A stretch of 64,000 bases of DNA, taken from NCBI GenBank assembly GCA_004431415.1, contig QPMI01000066.1, positions 485,154 to 549,153 on the forward strand, written 5' to 3'. Positions 1 to 12,800 of this stretch are shown here, piece by piece. Numbering within the stretch: position 1 is the stretch's first letter; each line of letters starts with the position of its first letter. The translations under genes were made by a program, and so were the position numbers. Under the pieces are notes generated by a model. That model was not told the origin of the DNA and ran no database searches. It worked only from the letters and a program-made list of their open reading frames with translations. This DNA comes from Cyanophora paradoxa CCMP329. Taxonomy: Eukaryota > Plantae > Glaucophyta.

Positions 1-708
1 TCGAATGCGAAGCGCTGGCGCACTCTTTGGTTGCGACCTCTCCGAGGCTCTTGCCCGTCGTGCCGTACAGACCGCACCTGCGAAATTGAAGCTATTAAGG
101 GGCGATCATGATCACGACTCGGCGATCATGACTTGACGTCGACTTTTATTTGTAATTATATAATGTACACGTGCAAGCCACTGCAAGCTAAAGGACTCCC
201 GGGAGCTTCGAATTCGTGGTCCGGGCCGGGGCCGGGCGCACTGAGAGCCGTCGTAGCAGGTAAGCTTCTCTTTGAAGGAGATCTTCTCAGTGCACATCTT
301 TGAGACTTTCAGCGACTCTCCACCCAGCCCTTTCACGCCAGTGAGGCCGGCGACGTCGTTTGTCGCGCTCGTGTAACAGTACCTACGCGAACCCGTGCGC
401 CCTACGTTAGGGACGGCGACCGCGACCGGTACAAGATGTTCATCAGCATTGTGCCGCAGATCTAAAGCGCACGCTTCAGCTTCCGCGCGGTTAATGATGA
501 TCTTGCCCTCCTGGTTTTTCATAGGCCCCTTAGAGAGCGACACCGCCGTCGACGCGTGCGTGTAGCTGTTGCCCAGCTTGGTGTAGCCGTCGAAGCACTC
601 GTACGTGATATCGCATTTCGCGTAAGTCATGTTGAAGTCGCCATTAGTAGCCGACGAATTCCCGGAGTTGGGATCATAGTAAGAGCCCGATGAGTAGTAG
701 CCTGACAT
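1..708 (-). CDS. Unknown Cys-containing protein, probably truncated at the left window edge
   Basis: Long ORF 112..708 with lower GC and protein-like composition. A likely GT donor near 240 and a TTTCGCAG acceptor near 80 continue the frame (QCGLYGTTGKSLGEVATKEC) off the window. No family recognised. Confidence 0.4.
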
Positions 709-3197
709 TGCCGCTTATATGTCTCAGTCTTGTCGCTTGAAGCTGTGGATGACAGCACTGCGCGCGCCGTACGATCAGCATGCGAGCTCCCGGAGTCCAT
801 AAGACTCCCCGGGATTCAATCTATAGCTATATATCTAGACCCAGCTGCAGAGCTCGAGCAGCCAGCCGCTGATCATGAGCTGCAGGAGGTCTAGCTACAG
901 ATCTAGATGTGGCCATGGCGCCGGCCTTCGCCGCGAGCTCAAGTGGGCCCGGTGGGCCGAGAGCATTGACGCTCCGCGAGGGTAGTTTAGAGCGGGACAT
1001 CGGCGCACCGGCCGCGGGACTCGGGGAATCGAACTTCGGAAGGACTCTGCTCGATATCCTGCGAGGGACCTCTGCACGCGCACACTGTGACTGTGTGACA
1101 GGCTGCACCTACGTATACGCCTGCAGCGTCAGCTGGACGGGCCGGACTCTTCAAGGCTTGTGAGCTCGAGCGAGCGCGGCGTCGGCGCGCGCGCGTCGCC
1201 AGCCTGAGCAGCTGCCGCAGTGCACTGCGGCACTGCGGCAGGGCCCCGGGCCCGCGGGCCCAGCTGCAGGACTGTGCACGTGATCGGCGGCTAAGAGCTT
1301 TCCGACATCGACCTTAAAAAAGCTTCGGACCGTCGGACTGACGAGTCCTGCGCTGCAGTTTGCAGGCTGCAGGCTGCGCATGCAGGACCAATGGGCCATT
1401 GCAGGCTAGCGCTGCATGCGCAAGCTTAAGCTTAAGCGCCGGCTGCACTAGTATAGTCTAGTACTAGAGCTGAGTACTGCCGCTGCAGCGCTGGCTCAGC
1501 GGCTGATCGATATCGAAGCATTATTATCGATCACGTTTGAGATTAATTGCAAGTAACTTAGTAACTTTTTAACAGAGGGGAAAGAGCTGCGCATCAGCAG
1601 CGCATGTAGTACTGAGTACTAGCTACCGGCGTTACAGTGCGTCACTGAGTCACGGCGTAACTACGGTTACCGTAGACTCCGTAGTACGCGCGTCGATTCC
1701 CGACTCCCGACTCCCGAGTCACGGACCGTCGGACTCCCGCCGGGCCGGGAGTCCGGGATCCCGGGATTCCCGGCCCAGATTCCCGGCCCGCCGGCGGGAC
1801 CGGGCCTTCCCGGCCCGGGGCCGCGGATCCGCAATGATCATGATCATCGGATTACGCATCGATATCCCGGCGGAGCAGCGCCGGACTCCCGGGAGCTGCG
1901 CATGCAGAAGAGCTTCATAGAGGTTTGGGAGGCGGCTAAGAGGGTTTCGGAGGCTAGGTCACGAGTTTTTTTCAAACTCGAAAAGGTAACTTGAAACTTG
2001 AAAACAGTTTTTCTCTTTTTCTCTGGGTAGCAGCCTCTCAGAGTCTGCGCATGCGCATGCCCTCTGGCACTTCCGCCAGCCTGCCAGTGGCTGCCGCAGT
2101 GCCACTGGCTGCCAGCATGCAGCCTCAGAAGCAGGTCCTTGCCGGCGGCTGCCCTACTAGGCTAGGACCCTAGCTAGGCCTGGCCGCCGGGGTTTAGCTG
2201 CCCTAGCATTTTTCAATTTTTCTTTCTGGACAGCCGCTGAGGCTGCGCACTGCGGCATGGCGCCGCGCGCATGCATGTGCGCGCGGCTGAGCCTGCCAGC
2301 TGCAGCAGGCTAGGGCTGAGCGTGCTGCTGGCGTCGCGAATTTCGGAAGCCACCGGCATCGCGTCGATGATCGCGATCGGGCCCACTGATCAGAATTTTC
2401 TATAGATCTCGTTCGGGAGCAGGTAATCGGCGACGAACTTTCGGAACTCGATCGGTTGGACGATCGCGAAGCGCCCCGATATCGATCGCGAGCCGTCGCA
2501 GCCGATGATCGATGACCGCTCCGCGCGCCTGCGGGAGACGCGCGGCATGCGCAAACACGACCGGCGCCCTCGATCGCGAGCTCGCATATATATGCACGCA
2601 CATGCACGGCGGCGCGACCCCGGGGCGCCTGCGGACGGGGAATCTAGATCTATCTCGAAATGAAGGCGAAAACGAAGGCGAAAACGAAGGGACGCTTGTG
2701 CACCGAGGCCGGTTGAATTCAAAATTCAAAACAGCGATACGTTGAGGCTGGCTGAATTCCTCGAAGTGCTGCTAGCTATAGCGCTCTCTCGAAATCAATT
2801 ATAGCCTCTAGCTTCAAATTTTCAGTCAACGGCAAGCGTGTGCTTAAGCGCTTCCCCCCTCGCCCTCCCCCCCCCCTCCCCCCCCTCCCCCCCTCCCCCC
2901 CTCCCCCCTGCCCTAGGCCTCCCGCGGGGGGGGGCGATGTCCCCCCCCCCCCCCCCCCCCGCCCCCCCCCCCCCCCCCCCCCCCCCCCCTTCTCGCTAAT
3001 CATGAGCCGCGGGCTGCCCCTTGCAGGCTCTTCCCATTAATATTGCCCCAACCTGCAGCTGCTCCAATATTTATGGACCCAGTTTAAAATAGAATTTCAC
3101 ACGCTCATATATTTACTGACCGCTCATATATTTACTGACCGATTCGAGAACTAATGGAACACCGACGTGGATCGGTCGATATCCTAAAAAATCAGGC

Positions 3198-5244
3198 CTA
3201 GGCCTCCGGCGGAGGCGCGGCGCTCGGGACGGATCCGGAGGTGGCGAGATAGAGGGCCTTGTCGATGCGGGGCTTGGAGCGGAGGCCCGAGACCCACTCG
3301 GCCGGGACCGCCGCCGCGGGGCCCTGCCGCGCCCCCAGCACAAGCCCTGCGCGCGGCCCCCTATTTGGGGGTGGCGCGGCGGGCCGGGGGCGGAAGGGCC
3401 AGGCAGGGGGGTACCGATGAGCATGCCGCGGGCGGCGCTGTCCCCCCCGACGGCCGTGTTCGCCACCAGCGCGGCCTTGAGGGCGTCTGGCGCGTTCTCG
3501 TACTTGGCTGCGGCGAAAGAAATTGAATTCAAGGGGTACGCGATAGGCGAGGGGGGTACGCGCGCACCGATGAAGTAGACGGAGACGGGGACAGCGTAAG
3601 GCGCGTAGCAAGCCGTCGAGAGCACGAGCTGGTGTAATGGATCATTCAGGAGGGGGGGTAGGTGATCTCGGGGGGGGGTACACTGCGGAGATAAACTGCA
3701 CCTTCTCCCCCGAGGGAAATTCCTGCACGCCCAGACTCTTGACCGCCTCGTAATCGTCGGGGAAAGCGGCGTCGGCGGCGGCGGCGGCGAGCCCCTGCTC
3801 GACCTTCTCCCGCAGCTCAGCGTCCCCGATCGTCTCCACCGCCTGCGGCCGCGGGGTCTCAAGCGTGAGCTCGGCCCTGCAGAAGATCACGAGGGGGTGG
3901 ACGCGGACCGCGCGCATGGCGGCGGAGGGGACGGCCCCGTGCAGCACCGCGTGCGCCACCCGCGCGAAGAACTGCGCCGAGGGCCGCCGCAGCGTGAGCG
4001 GCGTAGGGGGAAAAAGACCGCAGCGTCAGCGGCGCTCGCGCTCGCACCTCGGCGGCGGGCGCAACGAGGCTGCCGCCGTGGGTGAGGCCTGCCTGGGACC
4101 GAGCAGCCTGGACCTGGGCGCAGCTCGGGATCAGCGGAGCTCAAGGAGCGGTGGCAGAGCGGATCATCGGATGCGGACCAGCTTGTCGAGGTCCGACTTG
4201 TCGGCGAAGCGGTACAGGAGCGGCGCGATGCGCGAGGCGCCCGCCAGTTCGTTCGACTCGGAGGCGGCCTGCAGAGGAAGAAGGTTTCAAGCTCGAAGCA
4301 GAAGTATCGAAACCTTATTTTCGAAGCTTATATAATTATCGGCGCACCTCGAGGGGACCCTTGCCCGACTCGAGGTTCGCGAACGTCTCCTTGCAGGCGT
4401 GGTCCTTGTACCCTCTGTAGGCCCCGAACCAGGCGTTCCACTGCCGCTCCAGCATTAGATTGCAAGAAGTACAAGTGAGACCCTAGCTATCGCGAGAAAT
4501 CACTTTAAACGAGCTGCGAAACCCCGCGAAAATATTAATCGAGCCGCGAAAACCCCCGATCTAGAGATATTGCGCCGCAAATTTAGTCTAGGGGCGCACC
4601 TCCTTGATGAATACCGACGCATCGAACTTTTTGTGCGAGGCGACATTCTCCTGAGAGGCTTCGAAGTGAGCGCGAAGTCGATGGAGCTTGAGGCGATGCA
4701 ATTTCGCGACTCGAGTGCGTGCGGGCGCGGCGGACCAGCAGCAGGATTGCCTGGTCGCCTACGTGCGTGAGATCGCCCGCCTCTTTCCCAACGTGGTACT
4801 GGTTCAGCTCGCCGGGCTGCAGTGCGGGTCACGTGAGAGGAATCCAAAGCGCAGCTACAGCGAATTCATTCTCTTGCTCCCGCATGTGCGCGCCGCGGGT
4901 GCCACGGGCGGAATTTAATTGCGATCGGGGCGCATGCGCGCCTTGATGAGCCTATCGGGGGTCCCGTACTTCTCCTTGATGGCATCTGGGTTGTACTCCC
5001 AGTGCACACCTAATAATGGACGGGCTCAGAAATTCAAGCCCGAATTCCGAAGCAATCGGAGATAAATTCGCACCGAGAGCGAGCGCATCGCCCGCGAATG
5101 CGGCGTAGAGGGCGTTGCGAGCACGCGCCTCGAGCTCCGGCGATCGGGAGACGACGCTCTGCAGCTGATGAAAGAGCTCGATCGCGAGGCACTGCGGCAC
5201 GCGCGTTTCCGCGATCGCAGCGCGGGAGCGCGCACCTCGGCCAT
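3198..5244 (-). CDS. ADP-ribosylglycohydrolase (DraG/ARH/crystallin J1-SelJ-like) family protein, copy 1, multi-exon
   Basis: Spliced motifs NALYAAFAGDALALG, VHWEYN, GDLTHVGDQ, SNELAGASRIAPL and ANTAVGGDSAARGMLIG-LVLGA. ATG at 5244, TAG at 3198. Confidence 0.85.
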
Positions 5245-5540
5245 TCCGTCCGCGTCGACGTTGAGCGTCCGAGAAGCTAGCGAAATTTGCGAGTCGATTG
5301 CAAGAAGTCTTGAAGAAGAGGGAGCGTGGGTACGTAGGGTTTCGAAAAGAGAAAACCGCCTTGAGAATCTAGGGAGGTCAATTTAAGGAGACAAGAGGAA
5401 ATTCAGAAAGACCGCTGCTAGAGGCCTAGTTAGGAGATTCCGAGACCTAAATCTAGACCGCTAGCTAGCGCTGCTGAGGGACCGGAGGAAAATCAGGACA
5501 CACGAACGCCTGCACATAAAATCTGTTTTGCGGGCGCGTA

Positions 5541-6801
5541 ATGGCCTCCGGCTGGGTTACGCCACCGGGATCGCGGGCGGTCTGGGCGCCGGCTCCGGTA
5601 GGGCGCCTCGAAGAGTGCGTCGCAGAAGCCGCGCAGCAGAAAGCGGCGGCGGCCGCGGCCCAGAAGGAGCTCGCCGATCTAAAAGGCGACATCATTTGCG
5701 ACTTCGCCGAGCTTTTCGAGCGGTGCTGCATTCGGGGCGAGGCGGAAGCGCTGGGCGTTCGCGCGGACGTCTCGATCTCCTCGCGAAACGAGGACGACAC
5801 ACCGCGTGCGAGTCAATTCCTTTGCGCCGCATTTATTCTCGCACACGCAAGGCGAATATTTGCGGACCGCATGCGCAGATCGAATTCGCGCCCACTCGCT
5901 CGTCTTAAAGGTGCGGAGACCGCGAAATTCAGTTGTATTTCTAGATCTGCAAGTATTACTTGCAAGCTTAAGCTAATTTCTTCAACGCTATCCGAAACAA
6001 AGGCTCGCTGTGAAGTTTTCCGGACGATGCTCTGCATCAAGGTTAGCATTTCGCTTCTTCTTGATTACAAGCCGTTGCCCGAATTTTATTAAAAGCCCCC
6101 CTGAGCTGTTTTTTTATTTTCGCAATCATAGATGCGAGAAGCGGAGAGCGGGGACATCGACGCGACGAATTTCAGGAAGGGCACAGTGCTCGCGCTTCTG
6201 CGCTTCCTCTACACGTCGGAGGTCCGGATCTAATTATCAGATGCAATATTAATTAAAGAGCCTTTCATTTTCTGAGCTGACCTTGAAGCCGTCTGTAAGA
6301 TCCAGAAAGGGTCGACGCCCATCGAGCTCGTCGATTTGATCCGCGCGGCGCAGTACTACCAGCTGCCGCGGCTCCTGGGCGCCTGCGTCGAGCGCCTCGC
6401 CCTCTGCGAGGTGCTCTCGGTGGGGGAGGCGCTCGAGGTCTTCGGCGCCGTCCACGAGATATCCGCTGGATCCGAGCCCCCGGCCAGCCCTTCCGGCCAG
6501 GTAATTAAATATATATCTGCTGAATTTCTCCTGGACTTGTCTAAGGGATTCCTCCTGGCCGCTGCGCAGAATGGAAGCCCAACCTCCAGCTCCAGCCCGT
6601 CCAGCCAGGCCCGCAATTTTCTCAGTGGCCTTCAAGGCAGTTCTCTCGAGCTCTCTCGCGCGCGCGCAGATGCGGCGGGTGGCGGTGAAGGCGCTGCGGG
6701 CGCGGCGGCGCGAGGTGAAGGGGTGCCCCGCCTTCCACGCCATGGTAGCCGCGGGGGCCGTGGACGTCGTCAAGGACCTCTTCGGCGTCCTCGTCGAGTG
6801 A
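5541..6801 (+). CDS. BTB/POZ domain protein (SPOP-like C-terminal half), multi-exon
   Basis: Spliced RIRAHSLVLK-ARCEVFRTML-MREAESGDIDATNFRKGTVLALLRFLYT-LIRAAQYYQLPRLLGAC fits the BTB consensus. Confidence 0.8.
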
Positions 6802-7367
6802 AATCAATCGAATATGTAATTATAATTTCCTCGGTGCGGGGGGCCGGGCCGGGCCTGTGCCTCCCAGTGAGCTCGAGGACTTAAGCTTCAACGGCTGATC
6901 ATGAGATGCCATGATATCGATGGTATTCGAAGGTGGAATATTTATTCCGTTCGCCCATGCATGAATAGGGCCCATGTACATGCACATGTACATGTATGCC
7001 GCGCCACTCATCGACTTGAGCTTTATTCGTTTAGTTAATTATATAATCGACAACAGAAGAAGCCCGCCACGGCGTGCCTCCCAGTAATTAGTCTTCCCAG
7101 TAAAAGCCCGCCACCGGCAGGCCTCGTCCCCTCCTCGACCCGCCAATCCGACCCACTAGGTGCTGGCAGTTAAAATACGCTGGGCCTCGCTGGGGGATCC
7201 TTAGTCGCACGCCTCGCTCGGGGCCTCGAGCACAGGACCGCCGCCGCTCTCATCGGCTAGACATCGAGGCGGGCGGCGGGTACGTTATTACAAGGGTGGG
7301 GGGTAGGGTGGAGGCGGGCCTCCCGGGGGGACGGGGGGTACGAGAAAAAAAGCGGGGGGTGGGCGCC

Positions 7368-9720
7368 CTATGCCTTGCCCGCCGCCTTCATAACCTGCGA
7401 GGAGGAGTGAGCTCGGGTTCGAAAATCCTGTACCCAAGCCCCAGGGGTACGCACCTCGAGCATCTTGTCGCCCATGCGCGCCGGGGAGTCGACCACGTGC
7501 ACGCCCGCCTGCGAAGGGCCGAGACGTTAACGTGCGCGGGGGGTACAGGCGCGCGCGGGGGGGGGGTACGCGAAACGGCGCACGTTCCGGAGGTAAGCGA
7601 TCTTCTGAGGCGCGCCGCCCTTGCCGCCGGCGATGACGGCGCCGGCGTGCCCTGCGGGGGGTACCGGTTGGCTTCGGCGGGGACGGGGGGATACGCGAAT
7701 CAGAATGAGCGCAGCGCACCCATGCGGCGGCCGGGCGGGGCGGTGACGCCAGCAATGAAAGAGACCTGAGGGCGCGAACGGCCGTCAGAAGAAGGCCCCC
7801 CGAACAGGCCCGGATAGCGTTTCAGATGCCTAGGGGCCTTCCGCGCCCTGCGAGACGTCTAAGAAGGTCTGAGAGGGGAACGCACGATGGGCTTGGTGGT
7901 CTTGGACTGGACGATGAAGTCGGCCGCCTCCTCCTCCGCCGTGCCCCCGATCTCCCCGATCAGGATGATCCCTGCGCGGGGCCCGGCCGTCGGGCGGGGC
8001 GGGGCGAGGACGGACTCGCAGGGGGCGGGGGGAAGGAGGAAGCGGGGGCTAGAGCGGGGGCTACGCTGCAAGGGCCCGGGGCTAGACGACTGCTCTGGAA
8101 GCGTTCTGAGTGAGGGCCCTATGTGGGAGCGCCCCGACGAGCCCCCTCAGTCTGGGGCGACCCAGCGAGGGCCCGTAGCTAGAGCCGCTACGAGAGCTAG
8201 AAAGGGCGGAGGCAGCCGCTATGACGACGGCTGAGGCCGTACGGAAGGGAAAGGGAGGCCGGCGGGAAGGAAGGAGGGCTAGACGGCTGCTCTGAAAGCA
8301 CGAGTACTCGCGGGGGCGGGCGCACCCTCGGTCTAGGGCTAGAACTCGATCTAGAACTAAACGGGTTCGCGGGGGCGGGCGCACCCTCGGTCTGGGGGTC
8401 CTTGACGAACTTCTCGAGGCAGTCCACGAAGTTGGTCCCGTTGAAGGGGTCACCGCCGATTCCCACCACCGTCGACTGTTAGACGGAGACGTGGTTAGGC
8501 GGAGGGGAGTCGGCGTGGCTGGGATGGGATGGGATGGGGAGCGGCGGGATAGGAAGGAGGCGGGCTCTGGGCCCGCGGGCGCATCCGCTAGCGGGGGCGA
8601 GCGGCAGCTAGGCTTCTGCCCTCGGGAGGGCCCGCGGGCTGTTTTGTCAGCGTACCTGGCCGAGGCCGACGCGCGAGGTCTGGAAGACGGCCTCGTACGT
8701 CAGCGTGCCGCTCCTCGAGACCACGCCTGCGCCGCGGCGGGGCGGGGTCAGGGTCGAGGCGGGCGGGCGGGGCGCCGCGTTTCTCGTGCGCGTGTCCCGC
8801 GCACACACGCACGCACCGATCTTGCCGGGCTTGTGAATGAAGCCGGGCATGATGCCGATCTTGCACTCGCCGGGCTGCGCGCCCGCCCGCCGTCAGCGCC
8901 GCCGCTCGGCCGGGGAGATCAAATCTCAGAGACGGGGCCGGAACCGCGCGCCTTGATGATGCCGGGGCAGTTGGGACCGATGAGGCGCGACTTGTTCTGG
9001 CGCGTCATGTGGTACTTGACCTGAGGGCGCGCGGGGAGCTCGCTCGCTCGCTCGCTCGCTCGGCGGAGAGGGACGGGAGCCGGATGGGGACGGCGTCGAG
9101 GCACGGACCTTGACCATGTCGTGCTGAGGAATGCCCTCGGTGATGCAAACGATCAGGCGCATCTCCGCCTCGACGGCCTCCATGATGGCCTTGGCCGCGC
9201 CCGGCGGCGGGACGTATATGACCGTCGCGTCCGCGCCAGTCGCCGCCTTCGCCTGCGCGTCCAAGTATCGCATACTGCGCCGATGCCGGCAGCGGGCCGC
9301 GGGGCCGGGGCGATGTCGCAAGCCTCACCTCAGCGACCGTGTTGAATACGGGGAGGTTCAGGTGCGTTGAGCCGCCCTTGCCGGGAGAAACGCCACCGAC
9401 CATCTTCGTGCCGTACGCTATCGCCTGCTCCGAATGGAAGGTGCCCTGACAAAAGGTGCTTGCGTAAGCGGCAGATTGGAGGGCCGCGTACGCAGGGCCG
9501 CGGGAGGACGACGACGTCGTCGTCATGTACGACTGCCTAGAATGGCTTCGGGAGGCCGTACCTGCTTGCCCGTGAACCCCTGGCATATCACCTTCGTCGT
9601 CTTATCGACGAAGACGGCCGGCTCTGTGCTCAGGGCCCTCGCGTGTGCAGCGACGGCCAACGAGGGCCGGGCCGCCGCCCGGACGCCCAGGGAACGGAGC
9701 GAGCACAACGCGAGAGCCAT
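7368..9720 (-). CDS. SUCLG1: Succinyl-CoA synthetase alpha subunit, mitochondrial, multi-exon
   Basis: Transit-peptide-like N-terminus, then [73 protein letters not shown] and RRMGHAGA (catalytic His). TAG at 7368. Confidence 0.97.
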
Positions 9721-9843
9721 TTTGTGGTACCCCAGCGCCGCGCCGCGCTACCCCCTTGCCGGCGAAGTTCGCCGCAGTTCGGGTATTCTGGGGCCTCTGG
9801 GTGCATTGACCGCGTCGCTGGCGACGGGCTGCACGCCTAAGCC

Positions 9844-12800
9844 ATGCCGGGGGCGAAGAAGGCGGTCTACGAGCTGACCGACCTGGCCGAGATCTCCAAG
9901 GCGCTCCAGGACGTCAATAAACGTGAGAAGAACGTCGATGGCGAGCTGGACCAGCTCTTCGCGAACCGCACGTCCCTGCAAGCGAAGCTCGACCAGCTCC
10001 AAACGCTCCAGTGCGCTTCCGAACGCGCAGTCGCCCTAGCTGCGTTAGCTGCGCCGGCGGACCGGCCGCGCCCCCGATTTCTCATCGCCGCGCGCCGTCT
10101 CCCGCCCAACGCAGGCCGACGCTGGAGCGGGTGCGCGAGGACGCCGACGCGCTCTTTGTAAAGATTTCGGAGACGTGCAGGCTTGCCGAGGATGTCAGCG
10201 GCAAAGTCCGCGAGCTGGACCTCACGCAGGTCCGCCGCCCGCCGCTGCCTCGGAGCCCGCGCCGCCTGCGCCCGGCCGACGCCGCGGCGCAGTCGCGAAT
10301 GGTCTCGACGCTCAAGCGCATCGACACGATTATCCACCTGAAGGCCAGCCCGCCCCGCCCCGTCCCGCGCCGCCGCCCGCCTCGGCCGCGCTCTCCTGAA
10401 CCGCGGCGCGCAGGAATGCGGCGAGAAGGTGCAGCAGGCGCTGGCGCGGGAGGACTACGAGGAGGCCGCGAAGCACGTGGGCTGGTTCCTGGAAGAGGAG
10501 AGCTCGCTCCCCGACGAGGCGGGCAAGTCCGACATGCGCTCCCGCATCAAGCTCGTCCAGGAGAAGATTCTGACCAAGTTCCGAGCCGCCGCCCACGCGC
10601 GCAACCACCAGAACGTCTTCGCGTGCGCCCCTACCCATGCAGGACTTATTTCCACTGTTCGGAGTTGAACCCGCGCCCAGGTACACGAAGCTGCTTTCGA
10701 GGGTCGGGCTCCGCGCGGAGGGTACCACGGAAGTCTCCCGCTACGTCCAGGAGGTCGTCCGCAGGTGCCGTACCCCCCTCTCGCCGCAGGGCGCCGGGGT
10801 ACCCCTCTGAGAGTACGGTACCCCCAGCGAGGCCGAGAAGCTCATCGACGAGGCCGCGCGCGTCTCGCCGCCCCCGTATCTCGCACTGGTCCGCCCCGGC
10901 TCCCGTACCCCCCTGGAAACCCTGTACCCCCTGCGGAGCCATAACCGTACCCCCCTCAGGTCTCCAGCCTGCTGGAAACGTTCGCGGGCCGCATCGATCA
11001 GGTCGGCAACCTCGCGGAGGAGTGCTTCGGGCAGGGTACAGGCCAGCGCATCCTCCAGCAGGTACGCCCGCGTACCCCTCCTACCGCGAATCGCGCGGTA
11101 CCCTTCTGAATCCCCGTACCCCCAGGTCTTCTCGCAGGGGGACGAGCACACGTCGTCCGTCCTCAGGCGCTACATCGAGTACAGGAACCTTGCGAACCGG
11201 GTACCCCACCCCTCGCATCCGGCGTCTCCGCTAGCCCTGTACCCTGCCGACTTCTCCCCCCCACAGATCAAGGACGCGAACGCGTCGGGCGGGACGGTGG
11301 GCGGGCTGGCGGGGGCGCTGGCGGGGGCGGCGGGGCGCGGGGCCCGGCGGGGCGGGCGCCGGGGGCGGCGGCGCGGAGCGGGACGTAAGGGAACTGGACG
11401 TGCTTCTGGACGAGGCGGCTATGCTCGCCCAGGTCCGTGTCCGCCCGTGTCCGGGCCGGCCCGGGACGCCCGGGCCGTGTTGGGCCGTGTTGGGCCGTGT
11501 TGGGCCGTGCCGTGCCGCGCTGGAAGCGGGCGCCGCCGCCTCTTGCTAGTTCGCAAAGGGGCCCCGCCGCTTGTTGCAGCGCTGCCGCCCTTCCCCGTCC
11601 CCGCCGAGGCCTGCGCTAGCGCGAGCGTTAGGGCCCAAAGGAGCAGCGTCCGCCGCCCCCGCCTGATGCCCGGCCCTCGCCCGCCGCCGCCCGCGCAGCG
11701 CTGCGAACAGTACCACCGTTTCCTCAAGAACACCGCCACGGTCCGCTCCGCCCCCTATGAAGTCCGCGCTCCCCCTCACCTCTCGCTCGCCCCCCGCAGA
11801 ACGCGTACAAGGCGGCGGGCGGGGAGGCGGGCCTCGACGTGCCCTCGATGATCCGCGGCTCGATCTCCTTCCGCGTCCTCCAGGAGCTCATCTCCCACTA
11901 CGTCGGCCTCGAGCAGGCGCGCCCCCTCCGTCTTCCTTACTACTCACATGCTTAGTCGCTCTGCTCGCTTAGATGATCCTGAAGGCTTAGATGCTTAGAT
12001 GCTTAGAAAAGTTACGTCGGCCTAGAAACAGTTAGAAAAGTTGCTTAGGCCTAGAGCAGGCACGCCCCGCCCGCCGGCCGCTTAGAGCTTAGACGCTTAG
12101 AGCGCTTAGAGCGCTTAGAGACGCTTAGAGCGCCAGAGCAAGCGGGCGATGCTGAGATGCTGCGTCGGCCCCTCGAAGAACACTTGGACGCTTAGACGCT
12201 TTAGACGGTTAGACGCTTAGACGGAGCGGTGTTTAGCCCTTCGAAACATTAGAAGCGAACGAAGCTTAGACGCTTAGTCGCCTCCCCCGCCCGATGGTTG
12301 CTTAGAGCCTAGACGCTTCGACGCTTAGCCCTTCGAAACATCCCGCACCGCTCGCTCACGGGCCGCCCCCCTCCTCCCCGCAGATATTCATGCAGGACAA
12401 CGTGGGCAAGGCGATACGCATCGAGGAGGCCATCCCCGGGGGTTACACCACCTCCCTCGTCGACGAGGTCCGCCCCCGAGAAAGCAAAGCCATCTGAGCC
12501 GTCTGATCTGACCTCTTTCTCCCCCCCCTCCCCCCAGGTCTTCTTCGTGATGCGGAAGAGCGCCCAGCGCGCCATCGCCACCGGCAGGCGAGCGGGGGCC
12601 CCCCTCCTCGCTCCCCCTCGCCCCTTCCATCGGCTGACGCCGTCCCCGCCCCCGCAGCGCGGCGGCGGTCACGGCGACGCTCTCCAACCTCGTGGGCGTA
12701 CTCGGCAAGGTGCCTTGCTAGCTAGCTTTCTCTGACCGAACCTAGATCCAAAGAACTCTAGCCACCTTCATCCGATCAAACCTAGATCTAAAGAACTCGA

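Noticed and set aside
11950-12330. TTAG-containing repeats as interstitial telomere
   Set aside because: The units are irregular (7-9 nt) and lack a constant TTAGGG-type G run.
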